From Clostridiales bacterium (GTDB taxonomy: Bacteria; Bacillota; Clostridia; Saccharofermentanales; Saccharofermentanaceae), in assembly GCA_017513085.1 (NCBI GenBank), contig JAFWDK010000019.1:128001-192000 (forward strand): a stretch of DNA of 64,000 nucleotides, read 5' to 3'. Below the pieces are notes generated by a model. That model was not told where the DNA came from, searched no databases, and was given only the letters and a program-made list of their open reading frames with translations. A program made the position numbers and the translations under genes. Positions 59,428 through 64,000 of the stretch are shown one piece after another. Every line of letters starts with the position of its first letter. Within the stretch, counting starts at the first letter, position 1.

Positions 59428-60389
59428 TCTTCCACCTCCCTGTACCAGGAAGATTTTGAAAAAGCTCTTGGCCGGAAATAGTAGTCAAAAACCGGTGTCA
59501 GTGCATTCATCATCAGGACCGGATAGACCATGGCATAAGAAGCATTGCCGAAGCGGTACAAGATCAATGTCAAAAGCCCCGCGCCGCCGCCAAAGAGGCA
59601 CTGCGCTCTCTTATCCATCGGGACCGTCGTACAATCATGAAGGGTGAAAACGCCGACAAACAGGATTCCTCCGCGAATGAACCACAGGAAGAAATCCATA
59701 ACGTTCACGCCGGACCAGTTAAAAGGAATATATCCCAGAAGGATCACCGCAAAATAAGAGAACGGTGCATATACCGAAAAGAGTTTCCGTTCAAAAAGTA
59801 TCAGCGCACCGATCACGATCAGTACCAGCGAAGTCGTACCGACCATGCCGCAGATCCTGCCGGAAATCACATCGAGAGTGCCGACCCCGGATGCGGAAAA
59901 AGCACTGGAAGGAACTGCGTTTCCTGTCAGAAGTGAGCCGATTTTCCAGAAGTTTTCCATCGGCTGTTCCGAGGCCACCATCTGTGTCGGGAACGCGATC
60001 TGAAGAAAAGCTCTCGCCGCCAGCGCCGGATTAAAAATATTTCTTCCTGCACCACCGAATGCCTGCTTGACCAGAAGCGCGCTGAATGCCGCTGCCAGTG
60101 CCACCGCCCAGAACGACGCGGATACCGGAACAAGCATGGCCAGGATCACGCCGCTGACCAAAGAACTATAATCTACATGAAGCGGCAATTCCGGATATAG
60201 TTTTTGCGTGCAGAAAAAATCACAAAGAAAAAACACCGCACATGAAACGGCCACAAGGATCAATACTCGGATCCCGTAATAAAACACAGCTCCGATGAGG
60301 ATCGGCAGCAACGCCAGAAGCACATACATATAGCGCTCGGATGCCGGTTGATTGGCATGAATATGAGGAGCCAGTTGTTTTCTCTTCAT
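59424..60389 (-). CDS. rnfD: RnfD-like membrane subunit (divergent)
   Basis: PHIH, D.SSLVSG.ILA, VKQAFGGAGRNIFNPALAAR, G.VGTTS, VLMMNALTP.FD. Confidence 0.88.
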   Translation of the reverse strand: MKRKQLAPHIHANQPASERYMYVLLALLPILIGAVFYYGIRVLILVAVSCAVFFLCDFFCTQKLYPELPLHVDYSSLVSGVILAMLVPVSASFWAVALAAAFSALLVKQAFGGAGRNIFNPALAARAFLQIAFPTQMVASEQPMENFWKIGSLLTGNAVPSSAFSASGVGTLDVISGRICGMVGTTSLVLIVIGALILFERKLFSVYAPFSYFAVILLGYIPFNWSGVNVMDFFLWFIRGGILFVGVFTLHDCTTVPMDKRAQCLFGGGAGLLTLILYRFGNASYAMVYPVLMMNALTPVFDYYFRPRAFSKSSWYREVEE

Positions 60390-61726
60390 ACGATGCCTCT
60401 CTTTCTCGCCCGATATGCGGCTTTCGCGATATTAGTGGAAAGCTCGATTCCGGACGGGCATACATAGGAGCAGGCCCCACAGGCGATACACTGTTCCACA
60501 GACTCCGAAACAGCCGCCTCTTCCTGACCGACCTCAATCAAGCGGTTGATCAGATACGGAGAAAGTCCGACCGGACATGCACCCACACAAGCTCCGCAAT
60601 GAATACAATTCATGCGCAAAGGTTCAAACTTACGGATAATGGTAATCGCCGTAGTCGTCTTGATGATCGGAACATTCAGGTCCTTAATGGCCACGCCCGT
60701 CATCGCGCCGCCCCAGGCGATCCTCTGCGCAGTATGCGCACCCGGCACGCGTTCAAGAAGTTCCGATACGCTCGTTCCGATCGGAACCAGAACATTATGG
60801 CCCGTGATCGTATCACCGGAGATCGTCACGATACGCGAGATCAACGGCTGGTTCTTCTCGATCATGTCACAAAACGCCTGACATGTCGACGCATTGAAAA
60901 GCACTGCCTTTACTGTCTCTTCCGGATCCTTGCCGATTGGAAGCTCCACACCGTACAAGGCCTTGATTATCAGTTGTTGATATCCCTGCGGATAACGTGA
61001 TTTAAAAAGCCGGACCTCGATCTTCTTATCCAGATATCGATGACTATATTCGGCGACGGCTTTATGTAAAGCATCGATCTCGTCGATCCAGAGATCTTCA
61101 ATACAAAAGATCACCTTTTTCACACGGCAAATACCGCCCAGAGCCATCGCTCCTTGCAGCACGCGGGCCGCATTCACTCGAAGATGGTGAAGATCGCAGG
61201 CAAGGAATGGCTCGCTCTGGGTCGCATTGACCAAGAGCGTGTCCACACCTGCTTTTTCTGCTTTTTTACACTTGTAAAATGTTGAGATACCTTCGCCGCC
61301 CATCCCGCAAATACCGGATGTCCATAAAAGCTTGCTTAATTCCGCAAGAGAAAGAGGATCCACGTTTTTTCTGGGTTGTATCTTCGAAGAAAACCGACGG
61401 CTCAGGTCATTCTTGATCCAGACGGCCTGGCAGCCGGTCCGGTTCGGTAACCGAATCGAATCGATCTTCGTGACCTCTCCTGAAATACTGGCATGGACCG
61501 GAACTCCATTCATATCAGACGGCGCGCCGATCAGATCGCCTATGGCGACAGTATCTCCCACGGAAACCACCGGATCACAGGCAGTTCCTCTATGCTGAAG
61601 CATGGGAAGCACAACTTCCTTTGGTGAACACACTTCAAGAAGGGCTTCGCGCATGATCTTACGTTGCCGAACGAAGTCCAAACCATCGTTAGGGAGGTTT
61701 CCTCTTTTGAAAGTAGCCTTCTTCAT
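60386..61726 (-). CDS. rnfC: RnfC-like subunit (divergent; two [4Fe-4S] motifs kept)
   Basis: PMLQH.G, PVHASISGEV, YPQG, CIHCGACVGACP, CIACGACSYVCPS. Confidence 0.9.
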   Translation of the reverse strand: MKKATFKRGNLPNDGLDFVRQRKIMREALLEVCSPKEVVLPMLQHRGTACDPVVSVGDTVAIGDLIGAPSDMNGVPVHASISGEVTKIDSIRLPNRTGCQAVWIKNDLSRRFSSKIQPRKNVDPLSLAELSKLLWTSGICGMGGEGISTFYKCKKAEKAGVDTLLVNATQSEPFLACDLHHLRVNAARVLQGAMALGGICRVKKVIFCIEDLWIDEIDALHKAVAEYSHRYLDKKIEVRLFKSRYPQGYQQLIIKALYGVELPIGKDPEETVKAVLFNASTCQAFCDMIEKNQPLISRIVTISGDTITGHNVLVPIGTSVSELLERVPGAHTAQRIAWGGAMTGVAIKDLNVPIIKTTTAITIIRKFEPLRMNCIHCGACVGACPVGLSPYLINRLIEVGQEEAAVSESVEQCIACGACSYVCPSGIELSTNIAKAAYRARKRGIV

Positions 61727-61753
61727 GTGCCCACCTTTCGCACAAGAAGCATA

Positions 61754-62821
61754 TCAGTCGATATAATCCTTCAATTTCTTGCTGCGGCTCGGATGACGAA
61801 GCTTACGGAGCGCTTTCGCCTCGATCTGACGGATACGCTCACGAGTAACGTTGAATTCACGACCTACTTCTTCCAGAGTGCGCTGACGACCATCATCCAG
61901 GCCGAAGCGCAGGCGGAGAACTTTCTCCTCACGGGCAGTCAGGCTCTTCATCGCATCGAGGAGCTGTTCCTTGAGGAGTGTATAAGCAACCTGATCAGCA
62001 GGAGACATTGCGTCATCATCCGGAATGAAGTCACCCAGATGGCTATCTTCCTCTTCACCGATCGGCTTTTCCAACGATACCGGCTCCTGAGAGATCTTCT
62101 GGATCTCACGAACCTTCTCGACCGGAAGACCCATGCGCTCGGCAATCTCTTCTACGGTAGGCTCACGGCCAAGTTCCTGGATCAAAGCACGCTGCTCACG
62201 AACCAGTCTGTTGATCGTCTCTACCATATGTACCGGAATACGGATCGTTCTGGCCTGATCCGCGATCGCACGAGTGATCGCCTGACGGATCCACCATGTT
62301 GCATATGTACTGAACTTAAATCCTTTTGAATGGTCAAACTTATCTACTGCCTTGATCAGACCCAGATTACCTTCCTGGATGAGATCGAGGAACTGCATAC
62401 CACGACCAAGATAGCGCTTCGCAATAGATACAACAAGACGAAGGTTTGCCTCGATCAGCTGGGCCTTCGCGTCCTCGTCTCCGTCCAGCATACGCTGGGC
62501 CAGATCCTGTTCCTGGTCCGCAGTAAGAAGCGGAACCTTACCGATCTCTTTAAGGTACATACGTACCGGATCGTCCATTCCGGCGCCATCCATAGCACCG
62601 GCATCAAGATTCAGGTCGCGGATCGCATCGTCCTCGATGCTGGTTTCCGCAACGATCGAAATACCTTTAGCCTCCAGCTCATCAAAGAGCTTATCGACCA
62701 TATCCGGATCGCCGTCCTGCTCTTCGATCACGTTCATGACGTCGAGCGAAGAAATGCTGTGGTTGTTAGCATTTGCCAGGTTCTCCAGTTTTTGCAGAAT
62801 GTTTGAAAAATCACTTGCCAT
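61754..62821 (-). CDS. sigA: primary RNA polymerase sigma factor (SigA/RpoD)
   Basis: [58 protein letters not shown]. Confidence 0.99.
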   Translation of the reverse strand: MASDFSNILQKLENLANANNHSISSLDVMNVIEEQDGDPDMVDKLFDELEAKGISIVAETSIEDDAIRDLNLDAGAMDGAGMDDPVRMYLKEIGKVPLLTADQEQDLAQRMLDGDEDAKAQLIEANLRLVVSIAKRYLGRGMQFLDLIQEGNLGLIKAVDKFDHSKGFKFSTYATWWIRQAITRAIADQARTIRIPVHMVETINRLVREQRALIQELGREPTVEEIAERMGLPVEKVREIQKISQEPVSLEKPIGEEEDSHLGDFIPDDDAMSPADQVAYTLLKEQLLDAMKSLTAREEKVLRLRFGLDDGRQRTLEEVGREFNVTRERIRQIEAKALRKLRHPSRSKKLKDYID

Positions 62822-62892
62822 TAACGTTCATCCTCCCAAAAATGACATACACCATAGAGGTGCTCGGGACTCTTCTCATTACTACTTCAACG

Positions 62893-63675
62893 TTACTTCT
62901 CTGTATTTTCTTCCGACTCTTTTTCCGGAACGTAAAATTCAACCAGGTCTTCACTGACCGCGCCATCGTTCCCATCAATCTTAAATCTTCCATTCGGAGC
63001 ATATACAGTAAGGACTACGTCCTTGTAATAATGAGCATCGCCGGATTCGTATCCGTATTCTTCACCACGGATCGCGCAATAAGATTCAAACGTCTTTAAA
63101 ACTTTAGCCTTATCGGTATCACTCGAAGAGACCAAAGAAACTTCGTTATTCTTTGTGCCGCTGATCTTAAACCCTGTCGTATATCCATCAGCAGCCTCAG
63201 TATTGACTGTCAGCTCACCTGCAGCAATACAAGTAGACATCTGCTTGTAGATCTTCTTATAGTGAGAAGAGCGAAGCAAAGTAATCGGCAACGAAATACC
63301 GATGATTAAAGCGATACAGATCGCTGTGGTCGTATATACGATAAGTTTGACCTTCTTAGGTGTCTGGATATCATCCGGAGAGATCTCAAAGAGTTTCTCC
63401 ACCTTCTTGTCTTTGGAAGTGGTAGCCTTATCGACCTTAACAGCCTTCTCCACGGCGTTATCAAAGACCGGTGTAACAGTGTGACGCACCGCCTTGGACT
63501 CACGCTTAGGTTGCGGAAGATTCGGGAATTCTACCCCATCCGGATGGTTAAATATTTCAATTGCTTCTGTCGCCGGGAAAACGCAGTCGCAAAAAACGCA
63601 TTCACATAATTCGTCGTTGCTGTCCACCATAATGAGTGAACCGCAGTTCTTGCATAAACCTTGTTTAGTCGCCAT
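62893..63675 (-). CDS. hypothetical Zn-ribbon membrane protein
   Basis: N-terminal CKNC...CVFC, one TM helix, C-terminal domain; RBS AAGGACGAGG. Confidence 0.78.
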   Translation of the reverse strand: MATKQGLCKNCGSLIMVDSNDELCECVFCDCVFPATEAIEIFNHPDGVEFPNLPQPKRESKAVRHTVTPVFDNAVEKAVKVDKATTSKDKKVEKLFEISPDDIQTPKKVKLIVYTTTAICIALIIGISLPITLLRSSHYKKIYKQMSTCIAAGELTVNTEAADGYTTGFKISGTKNNEVSLVSSSDTDKAKVLKTFESYCAIRGEEYGYESGDAHYYKDVVLTVYAPNGRFKIDGNDGAVSEDLVEFYVPEKESEENTEK

Positions 63676-63838
63676 TTATTCCTCGTCCTTTGCATTATCG
63701 CCTACAAAAGGGTATAATCCCACAAGTAAGCACAGTATATTATATACACTGGTTTGTGTAAGTGCAAATACTTTTTTGCACAAATTTCAGTTTTTTATAT
63801 ATTATAATTTTATGGCAGTTTTTGAAGGAGCGCGCCGG

Positions 63839-64000
63839 ATGCCTGAAAATACAACACTTTCCCAGAATTCCAACCACGAGAAGTTTATGCGCGCTGCCCT
63901 TTCCGAAGCGCAAAAAGCATATGCCCTCGGGGAATCCCCTATCGGGTGTGTGATCGTCAAAGACGGAAAGATCCTCGCAAGAGCCCACAATCTTCGACAG
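63839..64000 (+). CDS. tadA: tRNA adenosine(34) deaminase (partial, 3' end off window)
   Basis: Manual translation MPENTTLSQNSNHEKFMRAALSEAQKAYALGESPIGCVIVKDGKILARAHNLRQ matches the TadA N-terminus; RBS AAGGAG. Confidence 0.85.
   Translation, partial: MPENTTLSQNSNHEKFMRAALSEAQKAYALGESPIGCVIVKDGKILARAHNLRQ

Noticed and set aside
57060-61726. rnf pseudogenes
   Set aside because: All frames are full length and uninterrupted with tight gene junctions, and the RnfC cluster cysteines are intact.
63839-64000. Functional linkage of tadA with tRNA-Arg(ACG) in the same window
   Set aside because: They are 49 kb apart; co-occurrence is probably coincidental.

Overview
A 64 kb core-chromosome segment from an anaerobic Firmicute (Clostridia). 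DUF4214 surface proteins, a Flp1/FHA Tad locus and overall gene content suggest a rumen/gut Saccharofermentans- or Ruminococcaceae-like organism; that placement is inference only. Most genes are on the minus strand. Housekeeping content: fba (partial), valS, acyl-CoA synthetase with XRE-cupin regulator, MoxR/DUF58 operon, ROK kinase, clpX, tig, tRNA-Arg(ACG), rlmB-mrnC-cysS, 6S RNA, comF, recD2, metK with SAM-I riboswitch, F1Fo operon, upp, rpiB, proA, an RlmL-like methyltransferase, sigA and a partial tadA deaminase. Most unusual features: (1) an F1Fo operon with no separate atpH, in which the C-terminal (b2-binding) domain of delta is fused to the N-terminus of alpha, together with a divergent beta; (2) an Rnf-derived operon (rnfC, rnfD, chimeric rnfG, fused rnfE-A, no rnfB) that appears to have lost nearly all membrane-side flavin and FeS ligands; (3) a translationally coupled three-gene surface-protein operon whose two large enzyme-like proteins share an internally duplicated N-terminal module I cannot name; (4) three tandem LanF/BcrA-type ABC modules between a response regulator and its kinase; (5) a DnaA-box cluster away from dnaA; (6) a Tad locus with fused TadB-TadC. 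No CRISPR array, transposase, integrase or prophage was seen. All homology calls come from motif recognition by eye, not database searches.
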